Below the pieces are notes generated by a model, which was not told the origin of the DNA, did not search any database, and worked only from the letters and a program-made list of their open reading frames with translations. The position numbers and the translations under genes were made by a program. Of a stretch of DNA of 64,000 bases, positions 23,646 to 35,600 are shown in pieces (positions within the stretch are counted from its first letter, which is position 1; each line of letters begins with the position of its first letter). The stretch is from NCBI GenBank assembly GCA_964187785.1, contig OZ076409.1, positions 89,592,001 through 89,656,000 of the forward strand. The letters run 5' to 3'. Origin of the DNA: Amphiscolops sp. MND2022. Taxonomy: Eukaryota.

Positions 23646-23852
23646 CTTGATGATCAGCAACTTCGAATTTCAATTGGTTTGCGTCTCGGTGCCAACATCT
23701 GCGTTGCGCATACGTGCCACTGTGGTGAAAGGGTTGAACGGAAATGTTTACTCGGTCTTTCTTGCACCAAGAGTGCTGGTCGCTTCTCACGTCATGCTAC
23801 TCTCAATTCCCTCATAAAGCAGACGTTGGGATCTCTCGACTTGCCTTCAATG

Positions 23853-24196
23853 GGGTGGCTGTGAATAGATCGAACTTTTCTGGTCGAAAGGACAGAGGTC
23901 GAACCTTTTGATCGAATTGCAGGGATCGAATGGAATGCGGTCAATTTGTATCGTATTTGTTGTATGGCTCGGTGGCTTCGCTCCCTTCGCCAAGTAGCAA
24001 CATTGAGGCATGGCCATATGGCACGTCGCTCCGCTTCGCTTCGCTCCTGCATTCAGGGCACTAGGGGTATGTGAACATATCTGACTACGTTATGAAATTT
24101 TCGAACCGAGTTGTTTCGATCCCTTTCAAAAATTTGATATGTCGAATTGAGGACTAACTCTGATTTTCGATCCCGTTCCTTCGACCTATTTCCGCC
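23853..24196. mobile_element. MITE with 9-bp TSD (Mutator-like)
   Basis: ccttcaatg at 23844-23852 and 24197-24205; ends aatagatcgaa / ttcgacctatt. Confidence 0.75.
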
Positions 24197-24237
24197 CCTT
24201 CAATGCTCGCGTGGACTGTACCGAACTGATGGCAAGC

Positions 24238-24497
24238 GGATTGCATGAAATGGGTCGAATAAAATAGGTCGAAATGAATTAGGTCGACCCTTTTGGTCGA
24301 ATAACTTAGGTCGAATTGACTGAGGTCGAATTGGATCGAATGGAATTGGGTCGAAATCAATATGTTGTCTCCCTAGAACTTGGCATTTTTCAAGGTCGAC
24401 CCAAGTCCATTCGACCCAATTCCGAAACGGTGAAGATTCGACCCATGGCACAGGAGGCCGATTCGACCCATTTTTTTCGACCCATTTCCGTTCACCC
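24238..24497. mobile_element. Related MITE with 9-bp TSD (Mutator-like)
   Basis: atggcaagc at 24229-24237 and 24498-24506; 22-nt imperfect TIR with core gaaatgggtcgaa; many gtcgaa/ttcgac units. Confidence 0.8.
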
Positions 24498-25159
24498 ATG
24501 GCAAGCGCCCAGACGGTGTTACCATGATTCCTTGGGAAATGGGTAAACAGCTGGTGTGGGATGTCACGGTTGTGGATGCTCTTGCACCCAGTCGCCTGAA
24601 TCAAGGCTCTTTATGCAACCCGGGAACCACCGCCACCGAGGCTGAAGCGCGTAAAATTGAGAAGTATCGCGAATTAATAGACATTGGATACAATTTTCAA
24701 CTGATGGCCTTGGAAGTACAGGGTTCTTTAGGCGAGAGCTGTGAAGTTTTCATCACGCGTCTCTGTAAAATGCTCTGTCGTTCGCACGACGATCAACGAG
24801 CTGACAGCTTTTTGAAGCAACGGATTTCAATGGCTCTTCAGATCGGCAATGCGGCCTGTGTTCTAGGAACTGTGAGCGACAGAGATGCGTTCGAAGAAAT
24901 TTATTACATATAGCCTAATTTTTTTACCTTTATATCAAAGCAGCTTTAAAAAAAATTCCACTGGTCGACTGCATAGTGGCTGGTTTGAGTAAGTTTAATG
25001 GTTGTTTTTTTTTGTTACTGGTGTGGTATAGTGGCTGGTATGGGGTTCCCTACTTTCGTTGCAGACCACGGGTGTGTGTCTTCTCCCCCCAACATGATGA
25101 TACACATGGCACTTGTTAAAAAAATTTCATGGGTCAAGGACTTTCATGGGACGAAAGAG

Positions 25160-25662
25160 GGGAAATGGTCATTTCGCCTAATGCCATTTCGCCTAAAGTC
25201 ATTTCGCCTAACGTGTTTGGTCACTTCGCCTAATTTTTTTAGGCGAAACGTCTTTTACTTTGGTCACTTCGCCTAATTTTTTTTCAGAAACGTGAAAAAC
25301 ACATGAAATTGGAAAACAAATAGTGGAAAACAAATAGAAAACGTGCCTCGGATATGTCCCATTCCTTCTAGTGCCCCGCGGCCCCTTGGGGCCGCTTATG
25401 TTCCATCTTGCTAAGCGAGGTCGAACAGGAGCAAAGACCTAGCGGGAACGGAGATCGCGAAGCGATCGTAGTGGGAGCTGGTCTTTGCGACGGTGAGGGC
25501 GAGTGTGCATACACCGCATATGCCCCACATTTTGATATTTTCGCTTTCAGAAAGCCTTTTTCGAAACATGATTATTTAGACGTTATTCCCGTTTGGTCAT
25601 TTCGCCTAATTTTCTTAGGCGAAATGACTCAACTAAATTTTTAGGCGAAATGACCTGCATTC
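25160..25662. mobile_element. MITE with atttcgcctaa repeats and 8-bp TSD
   Basis: cgaaagag at 25152-25159 and 25663-25670; ggtcatttcgcctaa / ttaggcgaaatgacc TIR core; internal 25396-25528 is similar to 5798-5932. Confidence 0.7.
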
Positions 25663-25941
25663 CGAAAGAGTAGAACCTTTTTTGCAATGAAAGGCCATTT
25701 TTCGCAGCTTTAGAAAATTTTACCTTTGCTGATGCTTGTTCCGTTCACACCAAACACGGTAGCAACAAATTAATTTAAACCTGTGCTAAAGAATGTGCTA
25801 CTGTCAAAATAAGTCAAGTTTCAAAAATGCATGCTCCTTCAAAGTGCATATTGCTATGCTATTTAGGCCTAAAGTGTGATATCGTTAGCCCTAATAAATG
25901 TTCTTCGTTTGAAATCTTTTTCAGATTTTGATAGTCTAACG

Positions 25942-28457
25942 ATGGGCCGCGGTGGTGAAAATGATCGAGGAGGAGGATTCAGAGGTTCCCCTTTCAGAGG
26001 AGGTAGAGGCGGAGTTGAGAAACGAGGTTTTCGAGGTGGTGGAGGAAGAGGCGGTGGAGGTTTCGGTGACAGAGGTGATCGCAGTAGCTTCGGAGAAAGG
26101 GGTGGCCGAGGTGGTTTTGGTGATCGCGGCGGCCGAGGTGGTTCTGGTGATCGCGGCGGCCGAGGTGGATTTGATAGAGGAGGCCGAGGTGGATTTGACA
26201 GAGGAGGAAGAGGGGGTCGAGGTGGCTTCGGTGATAGAGGAGGGGGCCGAGGTTTTGGTCGAGGTGGCGGTGACAGACGAGGTGGAGGGCGCGGCGGTGG
26301 TCGCGGAGGCGGAAGAGGTGGTGGTCCTGGCAAAGTACATGTCGAACCTCATAGACATCCCGGAGTTTTTATTGGCAGAGGCAAAGATGAAGTTGTATGT
26401 ACGAAAAATCTGTCACCTGGGGTTGTTGTCTATGGAGAGAAAAAAATAGAAGTGGAAGATCCTGATACCTCACAGGTTAGTTATACCACTAGACTTTTAA
26501 TATTTGGTATAAAAATGCTAATTTTTGTATTTCTGTTGAATCGATTTTGACAGGTAAAAGTACTTTATTAAAGTATTAAACATGGAAATGTTTTTTGCTG
26601 CTTTTTATCATTTTTTAAACATCAGATTGATTCAAGTGTATTTTCGAAATTCTGTTTCATTTTCGGGGTTCAGAAGTAGCGTTAAATGTCACTCCTGGTC
26701 TACTTCAAGAAGCCTCCTCCCAATAAATGCACCTCAATGACTCGCAAATCAACCTTATTCGTCGAAGCCTGTGATATGTATATTGAATGAAGTGAACGTT
26801 TCTTGTTCTCGTTGAAGTATTTGTTTTAAAAATTAGAAATCGAGAAAGCCTCATTTTCACATAACTTGGACACTCATTCAACAAAACGGATTTTTTGGCC
26901 GTGTGCAAAAGCATTTTGCCTATAGTTTGAATATCAAATGGAAACTCTTCCGTGTAAAATTCGATATTCGATTGAAGCAGGGTGCGAATGCACTCTTGTC
27001 AATAGAATCAACTACGTCAGAAATGAGGTTCTTGGCGTGGTTGTTGGTTCGATGTTTTGTAACCGGAAACTTGAATGTGCATCTTCTATCCGTAACTGCA
27101 TTCTAGCGACTTTGTGAAAAAAAGCGCAGCTATTTTGATGTTTGTTGTCGATTATTTATTGGATTCCGTTACCTCGAAAGCTTATGAATTTGATGCAATT
27201 TATTTTGTTTACAGAAAATAGAGTACAGAGTTTGGAACCCTTTCCGCTCTAAGCTGTGTGCTGCAATTATCAATGGAATCGAAGGAATCCACATGCCGCC
27301 TGGAAGCAAGGTTCTTTATCTTGGAGCAGCATCTGGAACCACTGTCAGCCACGTTAGTGACATTGTCGGTGAAGATGGAATGGTTTTTGCTGTCGAGTTT
27401 TCACACAGATCAGGTCGTGATTTGCTGGACATGTCACAGAAGAGAACCAACGTAGCTCCAATTGTAGAAGACGCTCGTCACCCTCTCAAGTACCGAATGT
27501 TGGTTCCAATGGTTGACTGCATTTTTGCTGATGTAGCTCAACCTGACCAAGCAAGAATTGTAGCTCTAAATGCTCATCACTTCCTGAAGAACGATGGACA
27601 TATTGTCGTGAGGTTAGACTCTTTTTAGTCGACATTTTATGGAATTTATGCCGACTATTTCAGTTTATTTTGGCCAGTTTTTCCTCTTCAATCCGGCGAA
27701 GCGGTCATAATGGTTCTAAAAAATTTGCAAAATAAGATCAAGTTGCTTAGTGGTTAGAGCATGTGGTTTCTAGGACGGAGTTTTCCTAATTGAATTTCTC
27801 CGAATATACCATTATGATTTGTATTCTGATATTTTTGAGGTTGATCCTCAATGGAATCGGTCATGTGACTGAATTTCCTGTTATTTTCAGTCGGATTGTA
27901 TTTTCAGAGGGGGTCCAACTGAAAGTCTGTGACCATTAGGTATGGGCCTAACCAGGAATGTGTGATCTAGAAATTTTGAATGTATTTCCAGTGTTCACCT
28001 GAATAGGAACGGTAATTTGAAACTCGCACTGAAGGCATGCATGAATTTGGAAAATGTTCAATGAATAACAATCGATTTCATTTTGGCAATTTCGATGTCA
28101 CCTATTATTTTCACTGCTATTTGAAACGACTATCGACATTTACTGGTGCATTCAAAAGTCTTGGTGTAAAAATAACAAATCAATTGAGTAACACTCAGTG
28201 ATATCAATATGAAGGGTATTTCTCACGTGAATCGTGCTGTTTGAAACTTTGATTTTGATTTCAGTATTAAAGCCAATTGTGTTGACTCTACCGCTCCCGC
28301 CGAAGCAGTTTTTGCTGGTGAGATTCAGAAGTTCAAGGCGGAACAGATCAAACCCATTGAACAGGTCACACTGGAACCTTATGAAAGAGATCATTGTGTT
28401 ATCACCGGCCAATACAGATCGTCCAAAGGCAAAAAGCAGCAAGCATCGGAAGATTGA
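25942..28457 (+). CDS. FBL: Fibrillarin, box C/D snoRNP rRNA 2'-O-methyltransferase; coding exons 25942-26475, 27215-27612, 28265-28457
   Basis: RGG/GAR N-terminus, [72 protein letters not shown] introns keep the frame. Confidence 0.97.
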
Positions 28458-29805
28458 ATATTTATAAACATATTTTAAACTACCACCAGATGAAACAGAT
28501 GATAGATATTATGAAAGGTGTGGTGTTCGAAACCCTCTGTTGAAGCCCTATGATATTATGATGCAAATCTATTCTATCTGTCTAGTCCGAGATACTCGAC
28601 GAATGATTCGTTTACTTTGTTTTCGTTTGAAAGTCTTCGATGATACACCAATCCTTCGATGTTGCATATTGTGCAGTTTTGAATCTACCGATTTGTTTTA
28701 ATCCAAGCCATGAATTTGTGAAAGTTCTAAATTTTCACTTTTTCCAAATTTCTGTTTTTAGAAATTTAACGTCTGGATTTGAAATCAGTTTTCTTCGTTT
28801 CAAGAACTCTGCTTCGAAAACGTTGAGTTTTCTGTTCTCCGTGACAAATTTACAAGTTTTTGGTTTTTCAGGTTTGAACGAATGGCGTAAACCATTAGTT
28901 GGCTGCCTTTTTACGGCTGCTCTTATCACCTCCTCAGTCAGGGTTGACAATTTTTTTCATCTATCATCATTGACAATCTATCAGACAATCAGCAGACATG
29001 CCTGTTGCGTACAATATACCCGGGAGTGGAATTGGGGTAGCTGCTGCAATGCGTTGTGACAAAGACCCCAGCTACTATAGTGGATATGACAGTTATTGGG
29101 TCAAACCTCCGCCCGCTCCCCCCACTCCTGCTCAGAATGGCCCCTCGGGGTTCCGTTATTCTAGTTAGTATGATCTGTAAACCAAACATCTCCATAAGTC
29201 TTTAGAAACCAATGCAATTACAGTAATAGTTCATTTATTTAGAGGGATTTTTCAAATTGCTAGTTGTTGCATAAGGGACTCGTTTCATCGTGTGTTGAAT
29301 AATCCCGAAAAAGCGGGACAAACGTAAAAGGTAGTCTAATCTAAAGGCAGCAACAGTTTTCCAGACTTTGAAAATAGTTTTTCCTCGTAATTGTTTAAGA
29401 TTGCGTTATTTACGAAAGCGCAGTCTTTCTTTCATGTCTTTATGCGACATTGTTTAAAGTTTTTTGTAACTATGCACGTTTATGCAAGTATAAATGTTTC
29501 AAAATAACTATCACCAAAGCTTCCATTTTCCAGTTTGTGTGTTGAATCATTTCCAAGTTGGTGTGTGATGAAGAATCGCATATTTTCTACTTCCAAAAAG
29601 GCTCTCGCACTATATCAAACCTAATTTTGGAAACTTAAAGAATATTGAAAGTAATATTAACGCAGCAGACAATATATCTCAGCTCTTTCCGATCATGTAA
29701 TTAAAATTTCTGCGTAAGCCGTGATTTTTATTCCCGGGCCGATTTATTTACCCGTTTTGTTGACAAATTTTAGTAGCAGTGAGGCAGCGGCGCTCCAAGT
29801 CTTTA

Positions 29806-32260
29806 CAGTAGAACTGGTTTATAATGAACACCAATATGCCTTCTGAATATGTTCATTATAGAAATTGTTCATTATATGAGGTTCTTTATAAAAATTGTAA
29901 AGGTGTGTTGGGAACTACCAATGTTCACTATAAAAATTGTTGACTTCTTGTCACTTTACTAATGATCTGAGAAATTGTCATCATTAACAGTTGAATTCAA
30001 CTTAAAATACACCAATGTAAGCATAAATGAATCAATATCCATATATAAAAATGTATGAGAACAATTACAAGATATAAAATGAAGCGGACAAGTAACATAA
30101 ACAATGACAACTCCAACTCAGGCAATCAGTGGAAATATGAAACAATTGTTGTTTGCATTTTTTCTCAGCCGTCTTTGCAAGCTCATTCTCCAGTGAATCT
30201 ACTCCATCGGAAAATGCGTCATTTTCAAAATGAGATCTCTTGCGAAGTATTGAAAGTGCGTCCAAGCATTCCTTTATAGTCGGTTTCTCTATGTCCAAAT
30301 TCATGTTCTTGGTGTTTTCTACAATATCTTCCATATCGGAATCAGATTGCTCAATTTGTGAAACATTATCAACAACAAATTCATCCAAGGTTGCGCTCGT
30401 TATAACTTGATTATCAAGCTTGATATAATCGTCAAACGTGAATTCTGATTCTCGTAACTTACATTCCACTAGACCAGCCCAAACAACTTCCATTCTTTCA
30501 TCAACTAGATCAGGAAGTTCCTCTGACTCCGAGATTTCCATGACCTCCTTATCTTTGAACCCACATTTCACATAGCAATTTTTTATTGTTTCTCGGCTTA
30601 CATGATTTCATGATTTTTAGTCGGCGCTTCATGAAGTGAAACGCGACTATTATAGTGACTCTTTTTTTTTTCTATCCACACGAACTGACCAAAATAGTTC
30701 TACAAAAGTTCTACAAAATATTATTGCACCAAAATGCACTATTTGGTCTAGCGAACTGAACCAAAATGGTTTTACCTGTTTTTCCGCGTAACATACCAAA
30801 CCGGGCGAGACCAAAGAGTCCCCCCTTTCAATTTTTTTCGGCACTGCGAGACATTTTTTTTCGGAATTTTTTTTTCGAATTTTTTCCCCAAAGGGTCCCC
30901 CTGCATTTTTTTGATGTTTTGCGACAGAATGGATGTTGAAAAACCTCAAAGGGTCCCCCCTTTCAGTTTTTTTCGGCATTGTGAGATTTTTTTCCCGAAA
31001 ATGAAAAAAAATTTTTTTCTTCAATTTTTTCATGTTTTGCGACAGAATGGATGTTGAAAAACCTCAAAGGGTCCCCCCTTTCAGTTTTTCGGCATTGTGA
31101 GACTTTAGCGCGCCAGGGGCTCGCGCTAGCGAGCCCCGGCGCGCCACTCGGTCCATTTTTTTAGTATGTAATTTTTTCAAAAAAAATTTTTCGAAAACTT
31201 TTCGATTTTCGAGTACTGTAAAAGAATACTTGACACTTGGAAGTCTTTTTGCTATTTTTGAGCCTTGGATATGGCGCCGACTTGGGCCGGTCCCGGCTTG
31301 TTTAATTAATGTCAGGGCATCGAGAAGGTTGAAATCACATTGCGCATCGTATGCCATGAGCCTTTTCGCGCGAGCAATTTTCTGTACTCGTGTTTAAAGC
31401 TGCAAATTGTACATGCATCCAGAGGTTGCAAAATAGATGTTGAATTTGGAGGTAAGAAAAACCTGTATAGCCTGTAGCTTGTTATACGTCTGAGGATGTG
31501 CCGGACAGTTGTATGAAACCACAGCCACTTTTCTTTTTTGATAATGAAATTGCCCTTTTCTATATTCATCCAAGCCCTTTTATTATTCTCAATCAATGGG
31601 TAATCTGGCATTTTTAAAACATCTGGGTTTTGCTAATTTCCGTACGACTAGAGGATCAAGCTTCTCTGTGCCGTTTGCATTTGCTCCTAACAGCAGCGTT
31701 ATTCGCTTTTTGCTTTTCTTTCCGCCGTGACATCGTTGTCCTCGAAATCCCATAGTCTTTTCAGGTAACACCTCCCAGAACAAGGTTATTTTGTCTAAAA
31801 AATGTCTCTTTCGGGTATGCACCAGTTGAGATTTCTATCAACATCTTCGAAACTAAATTTCCTGATTTTCATTATCATGGTAGATTTTGTTCCTTTGGAA
31901 AAAGCGTCCTTGAATTTTGGTCTCTGCGGCCCTATTATTCCCATGATAGTTAACTTCGCAACACCATGTTTGTCTGCCAGTTGGTCCATTGTTAAACGTG
32001 GATTGTTTTCTTTTTCATCGATGATAGTATGTTTATCAGCAACGGTTAGCGACCTCTTTTTCACCGGTGTCTGTAAAACATTGCCTATTACATAACTATA
32101 TGGGCAATTGAGATGAATGTTTCATTTGAAACCGGCAAATGCAATGTAAAATGTACATACCTTTAAAGTTCCGCTCATTTCTGTTACAATGTTGTGTACA
32201 AAATTGGATTGTCAAGTTGTCCCGTTGTCGTGATCTGATTGGCTGTTCACTATAGCGATG
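29806..32260 (-). mobile_element. Decayed pogo/Tigger (CENP-B-like) DNA transposon
   Basis: KKRSLTVADK HTH, CHGGKKSKKRITLLLGANANGTEKLDPLVV, FLPPNSTSILQPLD; TA|CAGTAGAAC TIR at 29804-29830; frameshifted; opposite TIR only partial. Confidence 0.88.
30615..31302 (+). mobile_element. Helentron/DINE-1-like family 1 copy inserted in the Tigger relic
   Basis: 5' ttttagtcggcg, 3' cgccgactt + hairpin ggccg-gtcc-cggct + tgtt. Confidence 0.8.
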
Positions 32261-32651
32261 TCATAATCAGCGCATGTAATAGGGGATTTTATCACTTTAT
32301 AAAAAATTAGGCAGCGTTTTTTTTAGATGAAGCGAACAAGTGATAATAATTCGCTCGTCGAGGGCTTCGCCTGCATTCAAATTCGATACGTTGTATGTAT
32401 TTTTCTTTTATTTAAGTAACAACGCTTATGGTCAGAGAAGAATGAAAGTCTGTCTGAATTGATAGTGTTAATTATGCGCTGTATATTGAATACCGAAGTG
32501 TATAGCTATTTCACAGTTGTGCTTGTATTGTTGAACTTTGCCGTTAGTGATGATTGTAGCCTAAAGCAGAAATAATCCGTAGAGCCCCATTAAAAAAATT
32601 AATGAAATTTGATATCGAAATTCTGTTTTAGGTGAAACTGCAAATCGGCAT

Positions 32652-35600
32652 ATGAACAGGCGATCCAACCAACCAAGAAATGTTTTCTCCGCTGGCTCCC
32701 GCAGTTTTGCCAGATCCCCTTCACCACAGAGACGATCAGTGTCCGTGACTTACAGACCGGCTACTAGTTTTAGTTTTCCTTCTAACGGTAATAGGGTCTC
32801 ATCTATTCCCTTTCAACTGGAATTCGTCCAGATAGAACTAAATCGGCATTAATTTCAGATAAAGCCGTTTCTGGCAGCAATCGTTTGTGTAGAATGCCAG
32901 AATACAACCCCTTCGGTGATCCACATTTGATCGACTACTTCGCTAGAAAGTTTGGTGTCTTGGATGACTACGAACCGAGTCCTGTCTTTGTGAATAGATC
33001 AATGGTGAGTTAGTGTTTTTGAGACTGCATTTGTGTGTACATACAGCTAAGAATGTGTACTTGTTCATGTGCAAATTTGTTGTTAACGATGAACTAGTGG
33101 TCAAGTTCATAGATTTCACCAGGTTGGAGGAAATAACGTCCAAGATTATTTATTGGAAATAAAGTTCAAAAAAGAATTAATCTGAAAAATAAAATCTGAT
33201 TGAAAAATTTGTAGAACTCGGCCTTCGAGTGTGTTTGGGGCCTCTCCAGGCGGCCTTCGTCAAAACCGGTCGCTAGACCGGTACTGACACGTCGCTTCGC
33301 ATCGAGGACAACCGGAGGCATGGTACCGTTGTGAATCACGATTGCCTTCTTTGGACGTTATTTACCTTCTCCATTCATCTACAGAATTTTCATCGCTTTT
33401 ACTGGTGAGGCTGCAGTTTTTGAAACAATAGAATGTTGCTTTCAGTCTCCACGGCGGCGAATTAATCAGACGCATGTAGCTAATAGAGGGAGAAATATGT
33501 CGTCATCCCGCGTCCTGGACAGAACTGAGAAACAAAAACGAAGTCGGACTTCTGACAGAAGCAAAACACGGTCGCCTCAAAGAGAAACTTTGACATACAA
33601 AGTAACTCTGGTCACTGGATCACAAACAAATGCGGGAACTTCTGCCGATGTATGGTCTTGAAATACCTCGTATTTTTTTCAAAGTGATTAAACGTTCTCC
33701 AATCATGCGATTCTTTAGGTTTTCATCCGAATGAAAGGCGATCTTGGAAAAATGCCCAAATTCAAGCAACTGAAGACTACAAACAAAATGCTGGAATCGA
33801 ACAAAAGAGGTCGAAGCGGTTCAAATCAGCGATCGCCCAAGTTTTTCTTAGCTCCCTCTTCAAAGCATACTTTCAAAGTGAAGTCTAAAGACTTGGGAGA
33901 ACTCAATATTTTATATGTCGAGGTTCGTATGCTCGAAAGAACGCTGCATTTTCTATTGCGCGGAATGGCAAATTGGAATTCAAGGTATTTTAGCTCGATG
34001 GAACGGACGAAGAAGATGATTGGTTTCTCAAAGAAGTGATCGTCAAAACAGTTTCTGTGAATGACGAAGTCAGCAAATGGAAATTTCCCTGTGAAAAATG
34101 GTTGTCGCTTCACCGACCTCCAGATTACCAGCTGAGACGCAAATTGAAGGTTTCGGACGTGGAACAGCATACACATACGGGTAAATTCAAGTGCCAAATT
34201 ATTTGCTCAATCGGAAAAACTTTTACTCAATAGAAAACAAATTAGCAATAGACATCTGAAGGAGTTAGGGAGTAGAATGCGAAACTTTGTACTAGTTTTC
34301 ATTACTAGATGCAACTAGAAAATTCTATATTACACTGTCGCAAATTGGTTTTAGGAAACAGCTATGTACCCAGGTACCATTAGAGAATGCATGCTAATTT
34401 CAAATTTTTGTATTCGGAATGTATTGTTACCTTCACAACGCTATACCAAGTCAGAATTTCGGTTCCCAGCATGAAAAAGATAATTTTAGAGTCGTTTTGT
34501 CTCAATGCTTTTAATGAGTGATGCTGATGATTTCAGAGTTTCAAATCACTACGAAAACCGCAGACAAAGCCGGGGCTGGCACAACCGCCAAAGTTTTCAT
34601 CACCTTATATGGAGAGCAGAGGTCAACGCCACGACTGCATCTGAAAAGAAAGAACAAAAGAACGTTCGATCGAGGTCAAACGGACACATTCAGGGTGAGC
34701 TCAGACTCTGTGGGAGACACCATCAATAAAATCAAGTAAGAAAACTAAAGTTATTCGAGGATACTTGTTCGATGCCCAAGTTTTTATCCAAGAATTTTTA
34801 TTAAGCTCAATTTATTAATGCAGTCCTGACACAAGATAAATATTTTAAACTCGGAATTATATCAACTGAATATACGGTCGGGGCACTTTATATATCCGTG
34901 GAAAAGTTATATGTCTGCAGTTTTTACAAAATTATTTCATCGGAGCAGTTGATCAATCCAAAGTCATTCGTCGAGGTATTCGTCAGCAAAGTTCTCAGTA
35001 CCTGTACATGATGTTAGAACGCTTGGCTGAAAATTTCTGGTGTTTTTCTTCCTGTAGCATTTGGCACAGCGAAAATGGGTAGCACCAGAAAACTGTACAA
35101 ACGTCATTTGGCCCGTTATCATCAATGTGGTAAGTTTTGCGCATGTCTTTCCTGGTTTTTGCCAAAATAGCTGTTCTGCCAAGGATACAAACCGTGAGGA
35201 TCACTACAAAAATACACAGCATTATAACCACGTCCACCATATCCAGGGGTGCCAGCCAGCAGTAGTATATTATGATGAGCATAATGATGGCTACTATGAT
35301 GGGCAGGAAAAACAACAACAGCGCTACTAGCGCCAGTTTGAGGTTACTGTATTTTTTCACTAAGTAGAACTCAGCAACGAAAGGCAATAGCGCAACCAAA
35401 CTCGTATACGCGATGTCATTGTAAAACTGCATCAACCCGTATCTCCATGTTCTGGAAGCATCTGCAACTGAGTGCTGCGAGTTCCTCCAATATTGTTCCT
35501 CGTGGAAGCTGCCATTGTGTTGATCGTCACTGTGGATTTTGCTCTCGTTAATTGTTGAGATTTTGGCGTTGTGGTTGTTCACGCTGCTTTTACTCGACGA

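Larger units (their letters stand above)
23646..24913 (+). mobile_element. CRE-like non-LTR retrotransposon 3' part: zinc-knuckle region and restriction-like endonuclease, split by two MITEs
   Basis: LRISIGLRLG..CHCG..SC..RHATLN..DGKRPDGVTMIPWEMGKQLVWDVTVVD..AEARKIEKY..LKQRISMALQIGNA; stop at 24913. Confidence 0.88.

Noticed and set aside
25869..26449. Pro-rich, Ser/Thr-rich and Glu/Val-rich ORFs
   Set aside because: Shadow frames of the fibrillarin GAR exon
26476..28264. Intronic box C/D snoRNAs in fibrillarin introns
   Set aside because: No canonical RUGAUGA...CUGA pair with a terminal stem found by eye; needs Infernal/snoscan
30650..31357. Lys/Phe-rich ORFs in family 1 repeats (also near 40.7, 44.3, 52.5 and 56.2 kb)
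   Set aside because: Low-complexity translations of non-coding repeats; frames not conserved between copies
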